Source of the DNA: the human T2T-CHM13v2.0 reference genome, Homo sapiens | Assembly: GCF_009914755.1 (NCBI RefSeq) | Contig: NC_060930.1 | Length of the DNA stretch: 64,000 nt | Reading direction: 5' to 3' (one strand) | Shown: positions 13,989 through 32,599 of the stretch, one piece after another | Layout: each line of letters starts with the position of its first letter | Numbering within the stretch: the first letter of the stretch is position 1 | Made by a program: the position numbers and the translations under genes | Notes under the pieces: generated by a model | Told to the model about the DNA's origin: nothing | The model's input: the letters and a program-made list of their open reading frames with translations, nothing else | Databases searched by the model: none

Positions 13989-15434
13989 GGGAGGATTTAT
14001 GTAAGACATTAGAGGTCTGTTATGGAGTGTGGATAGGAAGGCTGGGATCAGAGTGAGGAGGACCTCGGTGATTAAGGCAAGGATTCTGATGTTTACAACT
14101 TAAAAAAAAAAATAATGTGAGGTGGGCAGGTGGAATGTGTCAAGCAATTTTTTAGGAAGAACTACCTGTCAATGCTGTTGTAGACTATTTGGAGTGATGG
14201 GAGCATTGGAGTAGAGGAATCAGTTAAGCTCCTACTAGAAAATCAAGAAGTAAAATGATGACAGAGCTTCAGTAATGGTGGTAGCTATGAAAATGTAGAC
14301 AGACAAATATATACATTATCTTGAAGAAAGTGGCTACAAGTTTGATGACTCCATGTTGGAGAAGATAAGTAAAGGATGCTTCAAAGTTTAAAACTGGCTG
14401 AATAGAGATGATGAAACATAGTGAGTAGGCAGCTGAGTTTAATGAGGACAGATTCTGGCAGAAATTGGAAACAGATGTTGGCATTCATGAGCAAGGAAAG
14501 AGGAAGGGTAGAAACGTAGATCCAATGTTATCTTGTTATCCCACTAGTAGTGGTATTTGTGCCATGATGGTAGATAAAATCTGTGGGGATTTGAGGGGAG
14601 GGAGTGCTTTATTTGTGGAAGGAGATCAAGGGATGACAAAGGTGATTAATTTCCTGAGCCCCTACTTTGTGTGTGAGGCTGGACTGCTGTGAAGGCTCTG
14701 ATTCCAAATCAGGGGGTGAGCACCTGCCCTTTTTTTGCTACAGCTTCATTCACTCATTCCTGATAATGAGCAAAATAGGTAAGAAGACATGAGATTGCAA
14801 AGGTATGATTCCTTACCCTGACAGCCCAGAGCTGGTGAAAGACCAAGATGCTTTATTGCACCCAGTTTGCTCCAGTAAGCAGGATCAATTTTGCCCTTTA
14901 TAAATAATTCAAATTCTTTCCTTCATGAATTCACTTGTGTGTACCTCACAAATCCTTTTCAGAAAACCATTCCAGACTTTTCTCCAAGAAGTTTCATAGA
15001 CCTTGTGTAGCTCTATTTCTATTATCTGTCCTCTGTATCTGCATAAGGGTTTTGTTATTGTAATACCAATACCATTAGATAGGAACCATTGGTACCATGA
15101 CCATAAGTGCAGGGTACGCTTTACTGAGACTAAATATCCTTGGTCAGGCTCCTGCTGTGTTCTTGACTTCATTTTTGTGCTCCAAGAATGCATAACTTGT
15201 ATAATTACCTTCTCCATTTGTTTGGTCTGCTCCTCTATAGTCTACTCCATTTTTGTTTTACTTGAATTTACAACTCATTTTATTCTACTAAAGAAACCTG
15301 ATGCCTCTTCTCCTATAGATTTCCCCTCAAATTAATACTGTACTTCAACAAACTTAATTCTTCCAACAATCTTATAAAGCAGGTATACATGGGAAAGAAA
15401 AGGGTTTCCCTCAATTTGTATTATTTGGGTAGCT

Positions 15435-16897
<1,463 letters not shown>

Positions 16898-19222
16898 GCA
16901 TGGTAGTACTAAGAGACACCCTAAGGGATCTTCTGTATTCCAGAGTTACTGTTCTCTACCTCCATTGTGGAGTAGCAGTCCAATTTCCCCTTGGCAGCCT
17001 GGATTAGTCACTCTAGGCAATATCATAACTTCCTTCTTGGTCTGTTGACTCAGAGGCATGAGGAGCCCAAAGTAGCTGGATTGCAATCTTCACTTTCAGG
17101 TCAATGAAATCATTGTTTTATCTCTTGGTGGAAGTATGCTTCCCTCTGGAACTAAGGCCTCTAAGTCAACAGAGCATAAAGTCACAGGAACAGAAAGTAA
17201 AAATTTTGCTAGTGGGTCACTAGGGGTAATGTGGAGTGGTGCCATTCCCATTTCCACCCCTTGATTCCTAGACCTATATATTTTGCCAGTAAGAAAATCT
17301 ATCACATATTAGACACTGATTCAGAGCATCTATAACCTTCTTGAGAACCTTGCCCCAGCCCTGCAAGGTACTGTCACTTAGCTGTCACTGTAACTGTATC
17401 TTCAAATGACAATCCCACCATTCTATCAAGCCAGCTGCTTCAGGATGTTGAAGAACATGGTAAGACCAGTGAATTCCATGAACATTAGGCCACTGACATA
17501 CTTCTTTGGCTTGTGAAATGATTTTCTTGGTCAGTAGCAGTGCTTTGTGGAATACCATGACTGTGGATAAGGCATTCTATACGTCAGTGGTTGGTGGTTT
17601 TGGCAGAAGCATTACATGCAGGAAAGGCAAATCCATATCCACACTGTCTATTCCACTAAGGACAAAATGCTGCCCCTTCCATGATGGAAGTGATCCAATG
17701 TAATTAACCTGCCACCAGGTAGCTGACTGATAACCCCTGAGGATGGTGCCATATTGAGGACTCAGGGTTGGTCTCTGCTGCTGGCATATTGGGCACTTAG
17801 CAGTGGTCATACCCAGGAAGGCTTTTGTGAGTGGAGGTCCATGTTGTTGAGCCTATGCATATCCTCCATCCCTGACTGCATATTACAGAATTATCTGTAA
17901 ACCATGCCTGAGTTTCTCTTCCTTTGTCAACTGATTGTAGGGTACTCCCCTGTGAGGCCATGGATGCAGGCTGGGAGAAAGAAGACAATATAACAGGAGT
18001 AGGAACGATGGGCATTTGGGCCACCTCTTCATGTAACATACTTATGCCTTCGGGACCTGCTCAAGGCTGATCACTTATATACCATTTCCATTTGATGATG
18101 GAGTGCTGCTGTGCATGCCCAATTTTTACAGTTCAGTGGGTCAGACAACATGCAGTTCATGATAGACAGCTTAGTTTGCATGGGAACTTTGTGGCTTATG
18201 GTCAAGGGTTCAGTTTCTACTAAGGCCCAGTAGCAGGTAAAGAGCTGCTTCTCAAAAGGAGAGCCATCTATGGATGATGGTAGGGCCTTGCTGTAAAATC
18301 GTAAAGGCTTGAGCTTCAATTCACATATAGGGTCCTTCCAAAGGCTCCAAACCGCATCCCTGTCTTCCACTGAGACCTCAAGCACCATTGGATCTGCTGG
18401 ATCATATAGCCCAAATGGCAGAGCAGTCTGTACAACAGCCTAGACCTGTTGGAGAGGCTTCTCCTATTCTGCACCCTACTCAAAACTAGTAGCTTTTTGG
18501 GTCATGTGGTACATGAGACGAGTAACACACCCAAATGAGTAATATGTTGCCTCCAAAATCCAACTAGGTCCACTAGGCATTGTGCCCCCTTCTTGGTTGT
18601 AGGAGCGGCCAGAAGCAAGAATATATATTTTACCTTAGAAGTAATATCTTACTATTCCCCAAAACACTGGACCCCTAGAAATTTCAGTGAGGTAGAAGGA
18701 CCCAGAATTTTAGTTGATTTTATTTCCCACCCTCTCACATGCAAATGTCTTAATAAGTCCAGAGTAGTTGCTACTTCTTCTTCATTGGATCCAATCAGCA
18801 TAACATTATTAATGAAATGGAACAATGTGATACCTTGTGAAAGGGAAAGGCAATCAAGATCTTTGTGAACCAAATTGTGATACAGTGCTGGAGGGTTGAT
18901 ATAATCCTGATATAGGACAGTGAAGGTGTACTGCTGGCCTTACCAGCTGAAAGAAAACTGTGATACAGTGCTGGAGGGTTGATATAATCCTGATGTAGGA
19001 CAGTGAAGGTGTATTGCTGGCCTTACCAGCTGAAAGCAAACTGTTTATGGTTGGTTTTATGGACAGGTGTGAAGAAAAAGGCATTTGCCAGATTAATAGC
19101 TGCATACAGCTCCCAAGAGATGTGTTAATTTGCTCAAGCAATAAAACCACATGTGGTACAGTAGCTGAATTAGAGTCACTACTTGGTTAAAGTATAGCAA
19201 TCTGCTGTCATTCCTCAAGAAT
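16898..19222 (-). pseudogene. HERV-L pol remnant (RT, RNase H, integrase, start of dUTPase region), frameshifted
   Basis: Minus-strand ORF pieces: [12 protein letters not shown] (degenerate YIDD), integrase CPICQQQRPTLSPQYGTI..WQVNYIGSLP, and LEALVPEGSILPP. Confidence 0.88.
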
Positions 19223-19224
19223 AC

Positions 19225-19383
19225 ACCAAACCAGGATATTAACCACTGATCTAGCAACAATGTGGGATCAGACATAGCTTTGATTTGTTGGTACATGTCT
19301 TGCAGGGCTATCAAGATATTTCCCAAATTATCTGGGATGTATGCACAGCATTTAGTCTTAATTATTATGCCCTTTCCCCACTG
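19225..19383 (-). pseudogene. Gamma-type (class I) retroviral env TM ectodomain fragment
   Basis: Translates to QWGKGIIIKTKCCAYIPDNLGNILIALQDMYQQIKAMSDPTLLLDQWLISWFG: tail of the CX6CC motif, heptad region and Trp-rich membrane-proximal region. Confidence 0.65.
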
Positions 19384-20898
19384 TCAGTTGTACTTGGAGG
19401 TCCTGTGGGGATATGATGACAGGTTGGCTAAATATATATTTAATATATGTGTGCATGTGTCTTTATAACAGAGCCATTTATATTCCTTTGGGTATATAAC
19501 CAGTAATGGGACTGCTGGGTCAAATGGTATTTCTGCCTCTAGGTCTTTGAGAAATTGCCACATTGGTTGAACTCATTTAAACTCCCATCAACAGTATAAA
19601 AGTATTCCTTTTTCTCCACAACCTTGCCAGCATCTGTTGTTGTTTCACTTTATAATAGTAGCCATTCTAACTGGTGTGAGATGGTATCTCATTGTGGTTT
19701 TGATATGCATTTCTCTAATGATCAGTGATGTTGAGTTTTTTTTTTTATATGTGTGCTGGCCACATTTATGTCTTCTTTCAAGAAGTGTCTGTTCATGTCC
19801 TTTGCCTACTTTTTAGTGGGGTTGTTTATTTTTTTCTAAATTTGTTTAAGTTCCTTATAGATGCTGGATATTAGACCTTTGTCAGATGCACCAATTGCCA
19901 AAAATCTTCTCCCATTCCATAGGTTGTCTGTTTACTCTGTGGATAATTTCTTTTTCTAGGAAGAAGCTCTTTAGTTAGATCCCATTTGTCAAATTTTGTT
20001 TCTGTTTCAAGTGCTATTGGCATCTTTGTCATCAAATCTTTGACCATGTTTATGTCCTAAATGGTATCGCCTAGGTTTTCTTACAGGGTTTTTATAGTTT
20101 GAGGATTTACATTTAAGTCTTTAATTCATCTTGAGTTCATTTTATATATGGTGTAAGGAAGGGGTTCAGTTTCAATTTTGTGCATATGGCTAGCCAGTTC
20201 TCCCAGCACAATTTATTCAATAAGGAATCCTTTCCCCCTGGCTTGTTTTTGTCGTTTGTTGAAGATCAGATGGTTGTAGATGTGTGGTCCTATTTCTGGG
20301 CTCTTTATTCTGTACCATTGGTCTATGTGTCTGTTCTTGTACCAATACCATGCTCTTTTGGTTGCTGTATCCTTATAGTGTAGTTTGAAGGCGGGTAGTG
20401 TGATGCCTCCAGCTTTGTTCTTTTTGCTTAGGATTGTCTTGGCTTTTTGGGCTCTTTTTTGATTCCATAGGCAATTTAAAATAGTGTTTCCTAATTCTGT
20501 GAAGAATGTCAAAGGTAGTTTAATGGGAATAGCACTGAATCTATACATTGCTTTGGGCAGTATGACTATATGCATGCTATTGATTCCTCCTATCCGTGAG
20601 CATTGAATGTGTTTCTATTTGTTTGTGTCTTTCTCTGATTTCTTTGAGCAGTGGTTTATAGTTTTCCTTGAAGAGGTCCTTCATTCCCTTGTTAGCTATT
20701 CCTAGGTATTTTATTCCTTTTGTGGCAGTTGTGAATGAAAGTTCATTCAAGGTTTAGCTCTCTCGGTTTGCCTGTTGTTGGTATATAGGAAGGATAGCAA
20801 TTTTTGCACATTGATTTTGTATACCGAAGTTGCTTATTAGTTTAAGAAGCTTTTGAGCTGAGATGAGGGAGGTTTCTTTTCTTAAAACACTCAACTTC

Positions 20899-27328
<6,430 letters not shown>

Positions 27329-27491
27329 GATGGGGTTTTCTAGACTTAAGATCATGTCATCTGCAAACAAAAAAGAGTTTGACTTCCTCTCTTCCTATTT
27401 AAATACACTTTATTTCTTTCTCTTGCTGACTGCCCTGGCCAGAACTTCCAGTACTATGTTGAATAGGAGTGGTGAGAGAGGGCATCCTTGT

Positions 27492-27850
27492 TGATATGGT
27501 TTGGGTGTGTCCCCACCCAAATCTCATCTTGAATTGTAGCTCCTACAATTCCCATTTGTTGTGTGAGGGACCTGGTGGGAGGTAATTGGATCATAAGGGT
27601 GATACTTTCCAGTGCTGTTATCGTGATAGTAAGTCTCATGAGATCTGATGGTTTTATAAGGGGAAATCCCTTTCACTGGACTCTCATTGTGTCTTGCCTG
27701 CTGCCATGTAAGACATGCCTTTCACCTTCTGCCATGATTGTAAGGCCTCCCCAGCCACATAGAATTGTGAATCCATTAAACTTCTTTTTCTTCTTAAATT
27801 ACCCAGTCTCAGGTATGTCTTCATCAGCAGTGTGAGAACAGACTAATACA
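27492..27850 (+). mobile_element. THE1 solo LTR
   Basis: tgatatggtttgg...gactaataca with 5-bp TSD CTTGT at 27487-27491 and 27851-27855. Confidence 0.92.
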
Positions 27851-28239
27851 CTTGTCTTATGCCGATTTTCAAGGGGAATGTTTCCAGCTTTTACTCATTC
27901 AGTATGATATTGACTTTGGGTTTGTCATTTATGGCTCTTATTATTTTGAGGTATATTCCTTCAATACCTAGTTTTTTGGGTTTTTGACATGAAGCAATGT
28001 TAAATTTTATGGAAGGAATTTTCTGCATCTATTGAAATAATCATGTGATTTTTGTGTTCAGTTTTCTTATGTGATGAATCACATTTATTGACTTGTGTAT
28101 GTTGAACCAGCCTTGCATCCTGGGGATGTAGCCTACTTGATCGTGGTGGATAAGCTTTTTGATGTACTGCTGAATTTGGTTTGCCAGTATTTTTTTGAGA
28201 ATTTTTGCATCGATGTTCATCAAGGATACTGGCTTGCCG

Positions 28240-28618
28240 TTTCCTTCCCTTCCCTTCCCTTCTTCCCTTTTCTTCCCTTCTTCCCTTCCCTTTTTTCTTT
28301 CTCTTTTTTCTTCTTCTTTCTTTCTATTTTTTTCATGAGATAGAGTCTTGCTCTGTTGCCCAGTCTGGAGTGTAGTGGTGTGATCTCAGCTCACTACAAC
28401 CTCTGATACCGAGGTTCAAGTGATTCCCCTATCTCAGCTTCCCAAGTAGCTGGTATTACAGGAGAGCACCACCACACCTAGCTAATTTTTGTATTTTTAG
28501 TAGAGACAAAGTTTCACCATATTGGCCAGGCTGGTCTTGAACTCCTGAGCACATGTGATCCGTCCACCTTGGCCTCCCAAAGTACTGGGATTACAGGTGT
28601 GAACCACCATGCCCAGCC
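28240..28618 (-). mobile_element. Alu whose tail has expanded into a CTT/CCTT microsatellite
   Basis: Reverse Alu dimer about 28337-28618 preceded by a pyrimidine-rich repeat. Confidence 0.9.
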
Positions 28619-28938
28619 TGAAGTTTCCTTTTTTTATTTTATCTCTGCTGAGTTTTGGTATCAAGATGATGCCAGCTTCATAGAATGAGTTAGGGAGGAG
28701 TATCTCCTTTTTGATTTTTTTCTGAATAGTTTCAGTCAGAATAGTACCATCTCTTCTTTGTACCTCTGGTAGAATTCATATGGTCCTGGGCTTTTTTTTT
28801 TGGTTGGTAAGCTATTTATTACTACCTCAATTTCAAAATGTGTTATTGTTCTATTCAAGGATTCAATTTCTTTCTGGTTCTCATGTTTGGGGGCTTATCT
28901 GTCTTCAGTCTTTGAGGTTGCTGACCTTTGGATGTGGG

Positions 28939-28942
28939 GTGT

Positions 28943-28982
<40 letters not shown>

Positions 28983-28995
28983 TTGTTGTTGTTGT
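28939..28995. repeat. (TG)n and (GTT)n microsatellite
   Basis: Seen directly in the sequence. Confidence 0.95.
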
Positions 28996-30099
28996 TCATT
29001 TTTAACAGTTTGGCCACTCTCCAGTAGGGCTGCTGCAGTTTGCTGGGGGTCTGCTCCAGATCCTAGTCATCTTGGTTTTTCCAGTACCTGGAGGTATCAG
29101 CAGTGAAGGCTGTGAAACAGCAAAGATGGCGGCCTGCCCCTTCCTCTGGAAGCTTCCTCTCAGGGGAATACTGACTTGTTGTTGGGCCGAATGCACCTGT
29201 AGGAGGTGGCTGGAGAACCCTATTGGAAGGTTTCACCCAGTTAGGAGGAACGGGATCAGGGACCTTCTTAAATATGCAGTCTAGCTGCATTTTGGTGGAA
29301 CAGTTGTGCTGTGTTGGGGATCCCTTCATCCCCCAATCGATTTGGGCTCTCCAATGCCTGCAGGCTGGACTGGCTGAGACACCCAAACAGCAAAGGTGGC
29401 AGCCAGCCTCCCACACCCAGGCATTTCATTCATCCCAGGGAGAAATTAGAACTCTGCAGGCTGTAGAACATGGGTGGGGGTGGCTGGAGGCCCCAGCTGG
29501 GAGGATCAGTCCAGTGAGAAAAAATGGATCTGGATCCTGTTTAAAGCAGCATTCTGGCCGTGCCCACAAAACAGCCATGCTGTGCTGGGAAACCACCTCT
29601 GCCCTGGTCTGCTGGGACTCTCCAAAGCCTGCAGGCTGAACAGCGCAGTCGTCCAAACACCAAAGGTGGTGTCCCACCCCTCCCCCAGGGCACTCCATCC
29701 CAGGGAGAGATCAGAGCTCTTTCTAGAATACTGGCAGGTGAGGGTGGCTGGAGGCCCTGGCTGGGAGGTCCCGCCCCATGAAGAGGAACAGATGAGTCCT
29801 TAAAGAAGCAGTCTGACCACATTCTGGCAATGCAGTTGTGCTGCACTGGGGGAACGCTTCCTCAGACTGTTTGGACTTTCTAAAGCCTGCAGGCTGGAAG
29901 GGCTGAGTTGACCAAACAGCTAAGGTGGCAGCCCACCCCTTCCCCTGGGGACTCCATCCCTTCTCAGGCAGGCTCTACCCTGTTGCCAGTGGCTGGCTGG
30001 AGTTCCAAGCCAGTGTGTCTTATCTTGTGAGAAGCTGTGGAAGTGGGCCTGCAGACTGACGCTGCTCAGAACCCTGGATTCAGCCCTCTTCCTAGGGCT

Positions 30100-30655
30100 G
30101 GATTTTTAGTTTCAGGTCTTAAATATATTTAAGTCTTTAACCTAAGTTAATTTTTATATAGGTGTGAGATAAGGATCCAATTTCATTCTTCTGCATGTGG
30201 ATATCTAGTGTTCTTGATGCCACTTATTGAAGAGATTATTTTTCTCCATTGTGTGTTCTTGGTACCTTTATTGAAAGTCAATTATTTGTAAAAGTGTGGG
30301 TTTACTTTTGGACACTATATCTGGTCTCACTGGTCAATGTGTCTGCTTTTGTGATAATATACTGTTTTGATTACTGTACTTTTGTAGTATATTTTGATGT
30401 CAGGCAGTATGATGCCTTGAGCTTTGCTCTTTTTGCTTATGATTGTTTTAGCTACTGAGGTCTTTTGTGGTTCCATATAACTTTTAGGACTTTTTTTTCT
30501 ATTTCTGTGAAAAATATTATTGTAATTTTAATAGGAATTTCATTGAATCTACAGATTACATTGGGTAGTCTGGATACTTCAATATTTTTCCAATTTATGA
30601 ATATGGGATTTCTTCCAATTTGTGTTTTTGTTCAATTTCTTTCACCTAAGTTTTT
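30100..30655 (-). mobile_element. L1M ORF2 fragment
   Basis: 'atccaatttcattcttctgcatgtggatatc...tctgtgaaaaat'. Confidence 0.7.
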
Positions 30656-31697
30656 GTTGTTGTTGTGCAATTATTCAACACTCCCACTTTTAACAGTAGA
30701 CACCCTGTCAGCCTGGAAGTTTGCTTTAACTCAGCTGACTGCATGATGAGGTCTAGTGTTTATTTTCAGCAATTACAGCCTTGTGCCTCTAGGAGATCAG
30801 ATTCTCTCTCAGGGCACACTAGAAGCTCTTAAATCATTTATGCATTGCCTGAGCCAGAAATTCAAATCCCTGAGCTCATCCTTTTAAAAATTATGTTGTC
30901 CACCAACATTAGGGATAACCAACTGACATAATTATATTCCTTAAGTTTTCCACAAGTTTTGAAAATGTCATACACAGAATCACTAAATTACATGCCTCTT
31001 ACAAGTGGTTGATCAGGAGTACCCAATCCAGATATTTTGTGTATCACAATAAGCAGTTCATCCCATAGACTATCAGTGTTCCCTGTACTGTTGGAAATAA
31101 GACTCCTTAGCACTTGAAGTCCAATCAGATTAGAAAGCAAATTCTAGAAACCCCAAAACCAATTAAAGAAACTCATCCTAAAAGTTCTGTTCCTCTAGCA
31201 TAACTCCTGGTGCCACAAATCTCTATTAGTCAGGGTTCTTTAGAGATGTAGATAAAGATTTATCATGGGAATTGGTTGACACATGATGGAAGGGCATAAG
31301 TCCCATGATATGTAATGTGCAAGCTGGAGAAATGAAAGCCAGAGGTGTAGTGCTGTCCAAGTCCAACAGCCTGAGAACCTGGGGGACACTCGTTTAAGTC
31401 CTGGAGTCTGTAGGCTAGATAACTTACAATTCTGATGTCCAAAATCAGAAGAAGGGTGTCTTAGCTCCAGAGAGGGCAAATTTGTCTTTCCTCTGCCTTT
31501 TTGTTCTATATAGGCCCTCAACCATTTGGATGGTGCCTGTCCACATTGTGTGAGGATGGATCTTCCTTACTTGGTCTACTGATTCAAATGCCAATCTCTT
31601 GATCAACAATTCACAGACATACCCAGAAAGAATGCTTTACTAGCTCTCTGGGTATCTCATAATCTAGTGGAGGTGACATCTAAAATTAACCATCACA
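30656..31697 (-). mobile_element. HERV-L 5' portion: MLT2 5' LTR (31222-31697), PBS (about 31203-31214), start of gag
   Basis: LTR '...attagtcagggttct...aaaattaaccatcaca'; TGGCACCAGGAG PBS on the minus strand; same orientation as the pol remnant. Confidence 0.85.
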
Positions 31698-32187
31698 CTA
31701 GGAGAAGATAGATCACTTCTGGAGCTTGAATCTTTATAAAAACAGTGAGATGTATCCATCTTCTGTGTTCTCATCCTGGCCCCTAAGTGCAATGATTAAG
31801 GAATAGGATGTGGCTCCTGGGTTTTTAGTTGTAACAAATAGCTTTTAGAGTACTTATGGATCTTTATATATAGAACTGAAGACCTGCCATGTATATAGCT
31901 TATTTCAAAATAGAATATAGAATCGTCATCAAAATAGGATATACCTTTCCTGAAAGTAATTATATGATGTTTGCATGTCCCTGTGTTCCAGAACCAGACA
32001 TTGCTTGCATTTGGAATGAATGGCCCATAGATAGTCAAAAGAACAAAAGAAAGGATGGGTGCAGCTATACATTAATAGGCTTACAGATAAAAATACACAA
32101 AACACACTCAATAAAATAAATTATTTATAACTTAAAATTTCTTCTTTTACGTAAAAAATAGCAAACTGTAATACTTTTACTACCCTC

Positions 32188-32370
32188 TAGGCATGTGGTT
32201 ACTGAGCACTTGAAATATGGCTAGTCCAAACTGCGATGTGCTGTAACTGTAAAATGTATTTTGAAGATTTAGTATGACAAAATGCAAAAACTCAATTTTT
32301 CTATCAATACTGGTAATATTTAGATAGATTATATAAATTCGTTTCACTTGCTTTTTACCTTTTTATTTTT
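32188..32370. mobile_element. MER3/MER33-like hAT MITE fragment
   Basis: 'catgtggttactgagcacttgaaatatggctagtccaaactg'. Confidence 0.7.
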
Positions 32371-32374
32371 TAAT

Positions 32375-32565
32375 TTTTTTTTTTTTTTTACAGGCAGGGT
32401 CTTACTCTGTTCCAGGCTGAAGTGCAGTGGTGCAATCATAGCTCACTGCAGCCTTGAACTCCTGGACTCAAGTGGTCCTTCTACCTCAGCCTCCTGAGTA
32501 GCTGGGACTACAGGCACATGTCACCACACCTGGCTAATTAAAAAATATTTTTAAGAGATGGGGGC
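32375..32565 (-). mobile_element. Truncated AluJ (right arm plus linker)
   Basis: Reverse Alu that stops at 'agagatgggg'. Confidence 0.85.
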
Positions 32566-32599
32566 TTTCCTATACCATGGTGTGGTAACTTCCTATACC

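Noticed and set aside
14909-15335. Overlapping 102-aa and 110-aa ORFs in unassigned sequence as a possible retrocopy
   Set aside because: No recognisable protein motif, poly(A) tail or TSD; cannot be supported without a database search.
29000-30060. GC-rich repeated units with many overlapping ORFs
   Set aside because: Consistent with the repeated 5' UTR of an older L1; no repeat-spacer structure and no coherent protein.
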